A DNA stretch of 64,000 nt, from assembly GCA_963817385.1 (NCBI GenBank), contig CAWFOM010000010.1, forward strand, positions 64,001-128,000. Reading direction: 5' to 3'. The translations under genes and the position numbers were made by a program. The notes beneath the pieces were generated by a model that had not been told where the DNA came from, did not search any database, and saw only the letters and a program-made list of their open reading frames with translations. This DNA comes from an uncultured delta proteobacterium. Lineage in GTDB: Bacteria; Desulfobacterota; Syntrophia; Syntrophales; UBA5619. Positions 35,072-45,232 of the stretch are shown one piece after another; the stretch's first letter is position 1, and every line of letters begins with the position of its first letter.

Positions 35072-36070
35072 ATGACTGCCGCCGGGACGAGCACAATTTT
35101 TGAAGTCAAAGATCTCCGGACCCATTTTGAAACGGAACGGGGAGTAGTCAGGGCCGTGGATGGGGTCGACATCACGGTCGGACCGGGCCAGACACTCGGT
35201 GTAGTCGGCGAATCGGGTTGTGGGAAGACCGTTCTTGCTCTTTCCATCCTGAGGCTCGTTCCATCGCCCCCGGGACGGATCGTCGGGGGAAGCGTCATGC
35301 TGGATGGTCGAGATCTTCTTGCTCTTTCAGAGGAAGAAATGCGTCGTGTCCGGGGGAAGGAAGTCTCGATGATCTTTCAGGAACCGATGACCTCCCTCAA
35401 TCCTGTCTTCCGGATCGGAGAGCAGATAGCCGAGGCGATCCGGTTGCATCAGGGGCTCGGTCGCCATGAGGCCATTGCTCACAGTGTGGAAATGCTCCGG
35501 AAGGTAGGTATACCCTCTCCCGAAACGAGGGCGAAAGATTATCCCCACCAGATGAGCGGCGGCATGCGTCAACGGGTGATGATAGCCATTGCCATGGCTT
35601 GCCGGCCGCGGATCATGTTGGCGGATGAGCCGACGACTGCTCTTGATGTCACCATCCAGGCGCAGATGATCGATCTTATCGGACGGCTTCAATCGGAAAC
35701 GGGAACATCACTTGTTCTGATCACCCACGATCTCGGCGTGATTGCCGAAGTGGCTCAGGATGTAGCCGTGATGTATGCCGGACAGATCGTCGAGCGCAGT
35801 CGCACTCGGGAGCTCTTTTCCAATCCCCTCCATCCGTATACCATTGGGTTGATGGGATCCATCCCCCGGATGGATGGGCCGGCGGGACGGGGGACATTTC
35901 TGAGAGCCATCCGCGGCACGGTTCCGCCGCTCTATAATCTCCCCGAAGGGTGTCGGTTTCAGGACCGTTGTCCGGATGTCTTTTCACTCTGCGGCAGGGA
36001 ACCGGTCCTGGATGAAAACTCACCGGGACATGCCGTGCGCTGCTGGAAATATGGTAATTGTGATGAATGA
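35072..36070 (+). CDS. Oligo/dipeptide ABC transporter ATP-binding protein (OppD/DppD-like)
   Basis: [20 protein letters not shown] and C-terminal Cys cluster. Confidence 0.92.
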   Translation: MTAAGTSTIFEVKDLRTHFETERGVVRAVDGVDITVGPGQTLGVVGESGCGKTVLALSILRLVPSPPGRIVGGSVMLDGRDLLALSEEEMRRVRGKEVSMIFQEPMTSLNPVFRIGEQIAEAIRLHQGLGRHEAIAHSVEMLRKVGIPSPETRAKDYPHQMSGGMRQRVMIAIAMACRPRIMLADEPTTALDVTIQAQMIDLIGRLQSETGTSLVLITHDLGVIAEVAQDVAVMYAGQIVERSRTRELFSNPLHPYTIGLMGSIPRMDGPAGRGTFLRAIRGTVPPLYNLPEGCRFQDRCPDVFSLCGREPVLDENSPGHAVRCWKYGNCDE

Positions 36071-37046
36071 CATCCTGCTCGAAATCCGTGGCTTGAAGAA
36101 GCATTTCATTGCGCCGAAACGATTCCTATCTGGTGGAGGCGGTGTAGTCCGCGCGGTGGACGATGTCGATCTGCAAATCCATCGTGGTGAAACCTTGGGA
36201 TTGGTGGGAGAGTCGGGCTGTGGTAAGACAACCCTTGGCCGCCTTCTCATGCGCCTGGAAGAGCCGACGGCAGGATCGATCCTCTTTGAAGGCGCGGACG
36301 TCCTGTCACGGAAGGGAAGAGGGTTGAAAGGATATAGACGTGAGGTCCAGATGATCTTTCAGGACCCTTACTCCTCATTGAATCCGAGAAAGACTGCCGG
36401 CGGCATCATCGGAGAACCTCTTAGAATCCATCACCCGGAATGGCGGGAGAAACGAAAGAGAAAGATGAAAGAACTCCTGGCAGTCGTCGGCCTGGATGAG
36501 GAGCAACTGACACGGTATCCTCATGAATTCAGCGGCGGTCAAAGACAGCGGATCGGCATTGCCCGGGCTCTCATTTTGAACCCCCGTCTTATTATCGCCG
36601 ATGAGCCCGTTTCGGCCCTCGATGTATCCATTCAGGCCCAGATCCTCAATCTCATGAAGCGACTGCAGCAGGAGTTCTCCCTGACCTATCTGTTCATTAC
36701 CCATGATCTTGGAGTCGTCCGTCATATGAGCGATCGGATTGCCGTCATGTATCTTGGGAAGATCATTGAGCTGGGTACCGGAGAAGCGATATGCGGAAAC
36801 CCAGCGCATCCGTACACACGAGCTCTCATCTCCTCTGTGCCGGTCATCGATCCGTTAAGAAAGAAATCACGGATGATCCTGGACGGTGAGATGTCGTCGC
36901 CCGCGGCACCGCCATCCGGATGCGCCTTCCACCCGCGATGCCCCTTCCAGATCGCGAAATGCGATCGAGAGGAACCAGTCTTGGAAGATCGCGGTTCCCG
37001 CCATTGGGTCGCTTGCCACCGTCAGGATTTATCAGGGATGGAGTGA
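36063..37046 (+). CDS. Oligo/dipeptide ABC transporter ATP-binding protein (OppF/DppF-like)
   Basis: [20 protein letters not shown] and GCAFHPRC. Confidence 0.92.
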   Translation: MNDILLEIRGLKKHFIAPKRFLSGGGGVVRAVDDVDLQIHRGETLGLVGESGCGKTTLGRLLMRLEEPTAGSILFEGADVLSRKGRGLKGYRREVQMIFQDPYSSLNPRKTAGGIIGEPLRIHHPEWREKRKRKMKELLAVVGLDEEQLTRYPHEFSGGQRQRIGIARALILNPRLIIADEPVSALDVSIQAQILNLMKRLQQEFSLTYLFITHDLGVVRHMSDRIAVMYLGKIIELGTGEAICGNPAHPYTRALISSVPVIDPLRKKSRMILDGEMSSPAAPPSGCAFHPRCPFQIAKCDREEPVLEDRGSRHWVACHRQDLSGME

Positions 37047-37234
37047 TTCAAGTGCGGCAATAAAAAAAGTTATACCTATGATAAAAAATACTTGCATTTT
37101 CAAAATTTCGATGTTACGGAAACGCATCCGCCTTGATTGTCTTACGTATATTGTGTTATCGGATCATGTCAAATGACTTAGAACGGCGGGATAGGGAACA
37201 GTTTGGTATTCATATATTGTCAGATCAACGAGCC

Positions 37235-37278
37235 ACCACCGGTTCAGGAGCCGATCCTGAGAAGCGGTGGTTTTTTTT
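37235..37278 (+). terminator. Terminator-like hairpin in the 5' leader of the cold-shock gene
   Basis: ACCACCG/CGGTGGT outer stem and TCAGGA/TCCTGA inner stem, ending in a T8 run. Confidence 0.7.
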
Positions 37279-37335
37279 ATTGAAGCGGGATGCAAGGCAT
37301 GCCGGGAAAAATCTAGGAAAGGGGGGTGCAAAGCT

Positions 37336-37536
37336 TTGGCAGAAGGTAAAGTAAAGTGGTTTAATGAGAAAAAAGGGTTTGGCTTCATCGAGAATGATGA
37401 AGGCGGAGATGTATTTGTTCACTTCAGTGCCATTCAAGGCGAAGGATTCAAGACATTGTATGAAGGTCAGAGAATTCGCTTTGACATCGAGCAAGGCAAA
37501 AAGGGACCTGCCGCAGTGAACGTACAGCCATTATAA
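37336..37536 (+). CDS. Cold-shock protein (CspA family), 66 aa
   Basis: GKVKWFN, KGFGFI (RNP1) and VFVHF (RNP2). TTG start after a G-rich RBS. Confidence 0.95.
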   Translation: MAEGKVKWFNEKKGFGFIENDEGGDVFVHFSAIQGEGFKTLYEGQRIRFDIEQGKKGPAAVNVQPL

Positions 37537-37557
37537 AAGAAACCTCTTCACCTGCGG

Positions 37558-37595
37558 ATGCCCTGGTTGCCGATGGCAGCCGGGGCATTTTATTT
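37558..37595 (+). terminator. Intrinsic terminator after csp
   Basis: TGCCCTGGTTGCC/GGCAGCCGGGGCA stem followed by TTTTATTT. Confidence 0.75.
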
Positions 37596-37825
37596 GCCGA
37601 AAGATCGTACTCGGGGACTGTAGGCCCCGCTTTGCATCATCAGTAGATCGCGCTTAGTCAACAGCGAAGAGCGTCTCTCCGAACAGGCGTTGCAGGCCAT
37701 TTTATGACAATTGAAGCTCTTTGCAGAAAGCAGGTAGGAATCTTCGCTCTTGGAGGAACAGGCCATCGCGTTTTCAATTGCTTACCCCGCATCAAACCGC
37801 GGGGAATGTGCCCGCTATTGGATTC

Positions 37826-38797
37826 ATGGATGAGGGAAGGATTGAAGCCGTGATTGATGATGAGGTAATGCGAAGATTCAAGGAATGCTACAATCTTCTG
37901 GTTATCCTGGGACCTACCGCCTCGGGAAAAACGGGATTGGCCGTGCGTCTCGCCAGAAGGATCGGTGGCGAAATCATCTCCGCGGATTCCCGCCAGGTTT
38001 ACCGGGGAATGGATCTGGGGACCGGGAAAGACCTTACCGAATATGACCGGGGAGGGACTGTTGTTCCCTACCACTTGATCGACATACTAAATCCGGATGA
38101 AGAGTTCAGCGTATTTGCCTACCAGCAGTATTTTGACAGGTATTTTCAGGAGATCACGGAACGCGCACGGATCCCGGTCATGGTGGGAGGAACAGGTCTT
38201 TATCTGGACGCGGTGATTCGCGGTTACCGGATGCCAGCAGTCCCTGAAAATCTTGAGCTTCGTGAAGAACTCGCAGGGGAGGAAATGGAATCCCTCCGCC
38301 GGAGATTGCTGGAGAGCTCCGGTGATATTCACAATAGCACGGATCTTTTCGATCGAAAGAGACTCATCCGGGCAATTGAGATTGCCTTCTTCACCAGGGA
38401 TCACCCGAATGACATCCGGACACGAACACCCATCTATCCTCTGGTCTTGGGGGTCCGCTGTGAGAGGGGTGTGCTGCGCCGAAAGATCACCGAGCGTCTC
38501 GCCTCCAGACTGGATGAAGGCATGATCGAAGAGGTAAGTCGGCTCCATCAACAGGGGCTCAACTGGGAGAGGATCGATTCCTTCGGCCTGGAATACCGCT
38601 ACATCGCTCGTTATCTCCAGGGGAGAATGGGTAGTGAAGAGATGTTTCAGAAGCTCAACACGAGCATCCACCAGTACGCAAAACGGCAGGAAACCTGGTT
38701 CAGACGGATGGAGAAGAACGGTGTCAAAATATGTTGGATCGATGGGGTAGACGATGATCATGCAATTGCACTGATAGCCCGTCTGACGGAGCGATGA
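37826..38797 (+). CDS. miaA: tRNA dimethylallyltransferase
   Basis: GPTASGKT, DSRQVY, VGGTGLY and YAKRQETWF. Start uncertain (37826-37868). Confidence 0.92.
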   Translation: MDEGRIEAVIDDEVMRRFKECYNLLVILGPTASGKTGLAVRLARRIGGEIISADSRQVYRGMDLGTGKDLTEYDRGGTVVPYHLIDILNPDEEFSVFAYQQYFDRYFQEITERARIPVMVGGTGLYLDAVIRGYRMPAVPENLELREELAGEEMESLRRRLLESSGDIHNSTDLFDRKRLIRAIEIAFFTRDHPNDIRTRTPIYPLVLGVRCERGVLRRKITERLASRLDEGMIEEVSRLHQQGLNWERIDSFGLEYRYIARYLQGRMGSEEMFQKLNTSIHQYAKRQETWFRRMEKNGVKICWIDGVDDDHAIALIARLTER

Positions 38798-40158
38798 AAC
38801 CGAGGACCGAAAAATACCTCCGGAATTATGCGGTCACCCCGGCACGACCCCTTGTTGCGTCATCGGAGGAGGGTATTGAGCAGGCGGTCGTGATCCCCAC
38901 CCTGGCGGAAAAGTCTTCCCTCTTTCGCACGCTTGCCAGTTTGGCCAGGAATCCCTCGCATGACCTTCGCCGTACGCTCGTCGTCTGCGTCGTGAACAAC
39001 CACCGGCCGAATATCGCCGCGGAAGCGGAAATTTGTGATAACCAGGCGACCCTTCACCTGCTCAAAGCTCTCGTTTTCGGAAAGCTGGCTCTTCTGCCCT
39101 ATCATCACTGCGAGATGCGGGATGACCTGCAACAGATCGCCGGGAGTGATCTGCGTCTGGCTTTTGTAGACGCCTCTTCCCCCGGCAGGGAGATTCCGGA
39201 TTGCGACGGAGGGGTGGGGACGGCGAGGAAGATCGGGATGGATGCGGTCCTGAGGATCATCGATCGGGCTGGGATGGAGAAGGGGGTGATTTGCTGCCTC
39301 GATGCCGACACGCTGGTGCAGGAGACGTACTTGCCCGCGATTTGCGCGCATTTTCGTGAGACCGGCTCCTCTGCGGCCGTAGCGGCATATGCCCATCAAA
39401 AGCCCGCTGATCCGGAGCTGCTGGCGGCAATCTGCTGCTATGAAATATTCCTTCGATCCTATGTGATCGGCCTCTCATACGCCCGTTCCCCTTATGCCTT
39501 TCATGCCATCGGTTCGACAATCACGTGTACGACTGATGGATATGTGGATGTTCGAGGGATGAACCGGCGGACTGCGGCGGAGGATTTTTACTTCCTCGAC
39601 AAGCTTGCCAAGATGGGAAAAATCGGAGTGATCACCGAAACGACCGTATTCCCGTCGTCCCGTATCTCGGGGAGGGTGCCCTTCGGCACAGGACGGCGGA
39701 TGCTCCGGCACATGGCCGGGGGAACAGACGAATATCGCCTTTATGATCCCCGGATCTTTGTGATTATCAGAGAGTGGCTCGCCGGGATGGAGGCCGATCC
39801 GGACAGAGATCCAAGAATAATCCTCGCTGACGCCCGCCGGATTCATCCCCATCTCGTCGAGTATCTCCGCCTGAGTCGCCTGGAGGCGGATTGGCAGAAC
39901 ATCAGGCGGAACTCTCATAATCCCCAGCACCTCCGCCTACAGTTCCATGTCTGGTTCGACGGATTAAAGACCTTGAGATTGGTTCGCTATCTCAGCCAAC
40001 GTGCCTTTCCGCTCGTCCCCATGTTCGATGGTTTGGCGGGACTGATCGATCTTATCGGAAGTCCTTTTTCTCTGGATGGATCTTCCCCAGGCGTTCCTGA
40101 ACTCGACGTCCAATTCAGGATACTGGAGACACTGCGGTCCTATTTTCCCCTTTCCTGA
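38794..40158 (+). CDS. Glycosyltransferase family 2-like protein
   Basis: VVIP, GVGTARKIGMD, DxD motif LDAD and EDFY. ATGA overlap with miaA. Confidence 0.72.
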   Translation: MKPRTEKYLRNYAVTPARPLVASSEEGIEQAVVIPTLAEKSSLFRTLASLARNPSHDLRRTLVVCVVNNHRPNIAAEAEICDNQATLHLLKALVFGKLALLPYHHCEMRDDLQQIAGSDLRLAFVDASSPGREIPDCDGGVGTARKIGMDAVLRIIDRAGMEKGVICCLDADTLVQETYLPAICAHFRETGSSAAVAAYAHQKPADPELLAAICCYEIFLRSYVIGLSYARSPYAFHAIGSTITCTTDGYVDVRGMNRRTAAEDFYFLDKLAKMGKIGVITETTVFPSSRISGRVPFGTGRRMLRHMAGGTDEYRLYDPRIFVIIREWLAGMEADPDRDPRIILADARRIHPHLVEYLRLSRLEADWQNIRRNSHNPQHLRLQFHVWFDGLKTLRLVRYLSQRAFPLVPMFDGLAGLIDLIGSPFSLDGSSPGVPELDVQFRILETLRSYFPLS

Positions 40159-40301
40159 AGATGGATCTCATTGCTCCTTGACGTCTGCACGTGTATTGCA
40201 TATAGTGCGCTGCCGTTCATGACAGGGAAGCTCTGCCAATACGGCCGAAAGGGATTATGCGGTGCAAAAACCGCCACTTGATAAAAAAGGGAGGAACAAT
40301 C

Positions 40302-41411
40302 GTGAGTAAAAAACTCAGTACGCACGTTCTCATTATGTCAGCCGTTATCTTCACAATTTTCATCGCTGTCGGTTGCGATTCTCAGGAAAAGAAAGCAATG
40401 ACTGCGGGAAAGCCCGTCATAGCGCCCGGCCCCGGGGGATCCGAGGCGCCGGCGGCTCCATTGTCAATGGCGCAAGCTGCTCCAGCAACGGGGGGACCGG
40501 CGCAGCCCGGCGTTGGCTCAGGCATCGCTGTTGAAGTCGATGGAGAAAAGCTGACGATGAGTCAGCTCGATGCGGATATCCAGAAACAGATGGAGATGAT
40601 CAAGGACAAGATTCCCGCGGAGAATCTCGAAAATGCCAAGGCGGAGATGAGAAGAGGTCTGATCGATGAGTTCGTCTCCCGCACGCTTCTCAATAGGGAA
40701 ATCAAGAAAAAGAAGATAACCGCCGACGACAAGGAGATAACGGAGATTCTTGATGCTCTGAAGGCTCAGCTGCCCGCCGGGATGACTCTGGATGAGCTGC
40801 AGAAGAAAAACAAGATAGATGCAGCGAAGATGCGGGAGGAGATCGTATTGAACATCCGGATGAACAAGCTGGTAATGGCTGAGCTGGGCGGCAAGGTTAA
40901 GATTACGGACAAGGAGATTGCCGATTTTTACAAACAAAACCAAGATAAATTCAAACAACCGGAGTCGGTTCATGCCCGGCACATCTTGGTGGCAAAGGCT
41001 CCGGAGGATACCGACAAGGTCAAAGCGGGGAAAAAGACCAAGGCCGAAGAACTGAGAAAGAAACTCGTTGACGGCGCCGATTTTGCCGACATGGCGGCAA
41101 AGAATTCCGACTGTCCGAGCAAGCAAAACGGAGGAGACCTCGGAACATTTTCCCGTGGTCAGATGGTTAAACCCTTTGAGGACGCGGCGTTTTCACAGCA
41201 GACCAATATGATCGGCCCCGTATTGGAAACGGATTTCGGTTTCCATATCATTCAGGTTCTCGAACACCGAAGCGCGCAGGTCGCGAAATTGGATGCTGCA
41301 ACAAAGAAACAGATCAGTGACTTCCTTGAGAAACAGAAACAGCAGGCAGCGTTCGAAGGACTGCTGAAGAGACTTAAAGCAGACGCGAATATCCTCGTCT
41401 ACGGGAAGTGA
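40302..41411 (+). CDS. Parvulin-type peptidyl-prolyl isomerase lipoprotein (PrsA/SurA-like)
   Basis: Lipobox [29 protein letters not shown] and FGFHII. Confidence 0.92.
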   Translation: MSKKLSTHVLIMSAVIFTIFIAVGCDSQEKKAMTAGKPVIAPGPGGSEAPAAPLSMAQAAPATGGPAQPGVGSGIAVEVDGEKLTMSQLDADIQKQMEMIKDKIPAENLENAKAEMRRGLIDEFVSRTLLNREIKKKKITADDKEITEILDALKAQLPAGMTLDELQKKNKIDAAKMREEIVLNIRMNKLVMAELGGKVKITDKEIADFYKQNQDKFKQPESVHARHILVAKAPEDTDKVKAGKKTKAEELRKKLVDGADFADMAAKNSDCPSKQNGGDLGTFSRGQMVKPFEDAAFSQQTNMIGPVLETDFGFHIIQVLEHRSAQVAKLDAATKKQISDFLEKQKQQAAFEGLLKRLKADANILVYGK

Positions 41412-41423
41412 AAGGAGAGGGGG

Positions 41424-42329
41424 ATGAGAAGCCGTACTGCCGGCCGTATCGGTGATCACCTCTGGTATCTGGGGCGGGAAGAATCAGGGATCTATCTCCT
41501 GGAGGGGAAGACCGATTCCCTCATCATCAGCGGTGGGATGAGCTACCTGGCGCCGCTCGTCGTGAGCCAGTTATGCGATTTCGGCATCGATGAAAAAAAG
41601 ATCAGGAAATTGCTCATCCTGCATGCCCATTTCGATCATGTCGGGCTGATACCCTTCTTCAAGCGCCGTTATCCGGATCTTGAGGTATATGCCTCCTCCC
41701 GGGCGTGGGAAATCCTGCAAATGCCGAAGGGGATAGAAACGATTAACCGATTCAGCCGTCTCATTGCCGAAAGAATGGGGTTGAACGGGTGGCTGGATGG
41801 GTACGATCTGGAATGGCGTGACGATGTCTCGGGAACGGCGATCTCCGAAGGGGCAACGATTGACCTCGGCGGCATGATCGTGCAGATTCTGGAAACCCCC
41901 GGCCATTCCTCATGCTCAATATCAGCATATGTTAATGAAATAAGAGCTCTATTTCCTTCTGATGGTGGCGGCATCCCATATGGGGAGATCATTCTCCCGT
42001 CGGGAAATTCAAACTTTACCCAATACCAACAGAGCCTGGAGAAGCTCAAGACCCTTACGGTGGATATCTTCTGTGCCGATCATTACGGGTATGTGACCGG
42101 ACGAGAGGCGGAAACCTACATCTGTCGGAGCATTGATGCAGCCAGAGAGAAACGGATGATGATCGAAGCGCTCTTCCGGCGGACTGGTTCCATCGAGAAA
42201 ACCGTGAATGAACTGCTCGAAGAGATTTACACCAGACACCCGGGCTATTTTCTGTCACCGGAGATCAGCGCCGGCGTCTATCGCCAGACGGTACGGCACA
42301 TCGCCGGGGCATTGGGAGAAAAAGCCTGA
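41424..42329 (+). CDS. MBL-fold metallo-hydrolase
   Basis: HAHFDH, TPGHS, and D and H metal ligands. Confidence 0.9.
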   Translation: MRSRTAGRIGDHLWYLGREESGIYLLEGKTDSLIISGGMSYLAPLVVSQLCDFGIDEKKIRKLLILHAHFDHVGLIPFFKRRYPDLEVYASSRAWEILQMPKGIETINRFSRLIAERMGLNGWLDGYDLEWRDDVSGTAISEGATIDLGGMIVQILETPGHSSCSISAYVNEIRALFPSDGGGIPYGEIILPSGNSNFTQYQQSLEKLKTLTVDIFCADHYGYVTGREAETYICRSIDAAREKRMMIEALFRRTGSIEKTVNELLEEIYTRHPGYFLSPEISAGVYRQTVRHIAGALGEKA

Positions 42330-42331
42330 TA

Positions 42332-43240
42332 TCAGCCCGCCGCCGCCGGATCGTTCAGGATTTTTTTGATGACTTCCGCCCTCTCCGGTGTAAGGGTATT
42401 CTTCTTCATGGCCAGGTCCACCGTCAGCAGTCCCATGGCGCAATAGGCAGGCAGATATGCGGGCAATTTTTGGCGGAAAACGCGGATATGCTTTTCGATT
42501 GTCCCCGCATCTCCGCGTGAGATGGGGCCCGTCAGGGCTTGAACGCTCCCCTTCGTTTCGATATTCTTCAGGGTGCCCGCGATGAGCGGCCAGAAGGCGC
42601 TGATCGCCTCATCCCGGCTCAGTCCGAGGGAGAGATAGATCTCCTCAGCCGCGTTGATCAGGGTTGTAAGGTAGTTTGAGACCATGCAAGCGGCGGCATG
42701 GTAGAGAGGTTTGATTTCTTCAGGAACCTCAAAGGGAATTCCACCCAGCTCCCGGACCAGCCCGGCTGACCACTCCCTGAGGTTTTCATCGGCCGTAATG
42801 CCGAAGGTGCTCAAAGGGATGTTCAGGATTGCCCCTTCCACATCGGCGAACGATTGAAGGGGATGGATGCTGGTGATCATGGCCCCGGCCCTGCGGGCAG
42901 GTTCCAGCAGATCAAGTCCGCCGGAGCCGCTCATATGGATCACTTTGTCTCCCGGCTTGATACCCCCTTTATGAACGATTTCGCTGCAGATGGCGGCGAT
43001 GCTGTCATCAGGAGTGGTAATGAAGATACATGTTGCCAGGGAGGCGGCTTCGGCGTTTGCGTCGGCGGTGAAGGCCCGGCCTCCCGTATATCGGACCCGG
43101 TCTTGAAGGGACGCATGGGAGCTGGATGTGACGGCAACAACGGGATATCCGGCCTTGCGAAGGAGATAGCCGACGGCTGTCCCCGTCCTGCCCAGACCAA
43201 TGATGGCTATGGTCTCTTTGTGAACTGAAGTAGTAGGCAT
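42332..43240 (-). CDS. Rossmann-like plus DUF2520 protein, probable PanG-type ketopantoate reductase
   Basis: IIGLGRTG, TTPDD, HMSGS, HPLQSF, YHAAAC..SN and ALTGPISRGD. pan-type leader upstream. Confidence 0.85.
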   Translation of the reverse strand: MPTTSVHKETIAIIGLGRTGTAVGYLLRKAGYPVVAVTSSSHASLQDRVRYTGGRAFTADANAEAASLATCIFITTPDDSIAAICSEIVHKGGIKPGDKVIHMSGSGGLDLLEPARRAGAMITSIHPLQSFADVEGAILNIPLSTFGITADENLREWSAGLVRELGGIPFEVPEEIKPLYHAAACMVSNYLTTLINAAEEIYLSLGLSRDEAISAFWPLIAGTLKNIETKGSVQALTGPISRGDAGTIEKHIRVFRQKLPAYLPAYCAMGLLTVDLAMKKNTLTPERAEVIKKILNDPAAAG

Positions 43241-43254
43241 CCGGCGACCCTCAT

Positions 43255-43287
43255 AAAAAAACCCTCCGCATAATCCACGGAAGGTCT
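43255..43287 (-). terminator. Attenuator terminator upstream of panG
   Basis: Minus-strand ACCUUCCGU-loop-GCGGAGGGU followed by a U-tract ending 14 nt before the ATG. Confidence 0.8.
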
Positions 43288-43312
43288 GAAAGTCATCCTG
43301 ATCATGATATGG

Positions 43313-43356
43313 AGACCCGTCCGTCTCAGTCCGATCCTGGATCCAAGCGGCAGCTG
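43313..43356 (-). ncRNA. pan RNA motif-like cis-regulatory leader
   Basis: Bulged hairpin CCGCUUGGAUCC-aggauc-GGACUGAGACGG upstream of a pantothenate-pathway gene and a terminator. Family match is from memory and was not searched. Confidence 0.7.
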
Positions 43357-43713
43357 ATAACTACTACAGGAGAGGAGAACCAGTCAACATATTTTCTAAA
43401 TTACCTGTCCTGACGTTCTTTCCCCTCATCCCTCCTCAGAGGATCGCTAAAATCAATAAAGAGAAAGATGGAACGGCTCTTTTCTTGTAATTGAGAAGAT
43501 TGTTCTATATAAAGAGTAAAATCGTTCGGATAGGGCGGGGTGATCGGAGATGGGATCAATGGTATCCTCCTGGACCGGCGGGGGGGAGCGCTTTACCCCG
43601 CCGGTCTGGAAATATGTACGGAGTGGGAACAACTGCTCTCTCGCCGCAGATATAATCTGCGTGATCCGGTCGGGTTTAAAGGTACTGCTTACTTGAAGCA
43701 TTCCTCTTTAAAT

Positions 43714-45132
43714 ATGCTAAAAACAGTCAGAAAAACAATTGAAAACTCCGCAATGCTGGAGCGCGGAGAGCATGTACTCGTAGCGGTGTCCGGGGGGCCG
43801 GATTCAGTAGCGCTTCTCCAGGCCCTCTTCCGCCTTTCGGCTGAATATCGGTTGCGTCTGACGGTGGCCCACCTCAATCATGGGATCCGGGGAGATGAAG
43901 CAAAAAAGGAGCAGGAGTTCGTCGATCACCTCTGCACGGGGATGGGCATCACCTGCATCTGTAAGACAATCGACATTCATATGCTACAGATAGGCAGCGG
44001 TAAATCTCTCGAGGAGATCGGCAGAGAGGAGCGCTACCGATTTCTGCGTGCCACTGCGGAAACATGCGGCGCACGGAAGATAGCGACCGGCCATCATAGT
44101 GACGACCAAGCAGAAACCGTTCTGATCAATCTGATTCGAGGAAGCGGTCCTGAGGGATTGCGGGGGATAATTCCGGTGAGAGACGGGCGGATCATTAGAC
44201 CATTGCTACACGTCAGAAGAGGGGAGATTCTTGAATTTCTCGATCGGGAAGGGCTGGCATATATGGTCGACAGCTCCAATCTCAACCCAATCTTCTTTCG
44301 TAACAGGATAAGAAATGAACTGATCCCGGAATTGGCGACACGCTACAACCCGCGGATTGTGGAAGGACTTTGCCATATGGCCGAAATCGTCCGTCGCGAA
44401 GATGATTATCTGGAGAGCACTGTCCGGCAAGTTCTGCATCAATGGGGAATTGTGCCTGGAACCGCAGAGACACTCCTGCCCATCGCTGCATTTCAGGAGG
44501 TTCATAAAGCCTTGCAGGGGCGCATCATTAAATATCTATTGGAAGCCATCGCTCCGTCGGGAAATGGAATCGGTTATCGCCATATCGAAGCCGTTCTGGC
44601 GATCTTACGACCGTCGCGACGCAGCCGCATCTCTCTGGATCTCCCCTGTCTGATCTGTGTCGACAGGGAGGAAAGCATGCTCCGGATCCGAAGGGTATGC
44701 AGTCGGCAAATAAGAAGGGACTCGCGAAATGAAAAAACACCTCCGTTTACCTATTCCTATCCGGTAGAGGTGCCTGGAATAGTATATCTAAATATGATAG
44801 GTAGAAATATTCGTTTTGAAACGATCGACAAACCCGGCTTGCAGGAGATGAAGAATCAACCGCGGGTGGCTTTCATGGACTTTGAGCGGATTTCACTCCC
44901 CCTGATCTTGAGAAATCACCGGCCCGGAGACAGAATAGACCCCTTGGGGATGTCAGGAATGAAAAAAGTGAAGTCGTACTTTATGGATGGCAAGATCCCT
45001 CGTCTGTCTCGGAATACGATACCGCTATTGGTCGATGATCGATCTGTTATCTGGATCGTCGGTGAGCGGATCAGCGATCGGGTCAAAGTGACCGAGCGAA
45101 CAAAAAAGGTCTTGAAGGCAGAAATGGTTTGA
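43714..45132 (+). CDS. tilS: tRNA(Ile)-lysidine synthase
   Basis: AVSGGPDS, AHLNHG, GHHSDDQAET and RNRIR. Start chosen at ATG 43714; tilS-ftsH-folP context. Confidence 0.94.
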   Translation: MLKTVRKTIENSAMLERGEHVLVAVSGGPDSVALLQALFRLSAEYRLRLTVAHLNHGIRGDEAKKEQEFVDHLCTGMGITCICKTIDIHMLQIGSGKSLEEIGREERYRFLRATAETCGARKIATGHHSDDQAETVLINLIRGSGPEGLRGIIPVRDGRIIRPLLHVRRGEILEFLDREGLAYMVDSSNLNPIFFRNRIRNELIPELATRYNPRIVEGLCHMAEIVRREDDYLESTVRQVLHQWGIVPGTAETLLPIAAFQEVHKALQGRIIKYLLEAIAPSGNGIGYRHIEAVLAILRPSRRSRISLDLPCLICVDREESMLRIRRVCSRQIRRDSRNEKTPPFTYSYPVEVPGIVYLNMIGRNIRFETIDKPGLQEMKNQPRVAFMDFERISLPLILRNHRPGDRIDPLGMSGMKKVKSYFMDGKIPRLSRNTIPLLVDDRSVIWIVGERISDRVKVTERTKKVLKAEMV

Positions 45133-45232
45133 AATAACCGTGCTGATATTATAATAAAAAGATCACAGAAATAAGATGTCGATCGTCAGGCATGATCGCC
45201 GACCTTCATACTCAAGATTAAGGAGAAAATAA

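Noticed and set aside
37140..37175. dif-like sequence (TCATGTCAAAT resembles a XerD arm)
   Set aside because: There is no plausible XerC arm at the 6-bp spacing.
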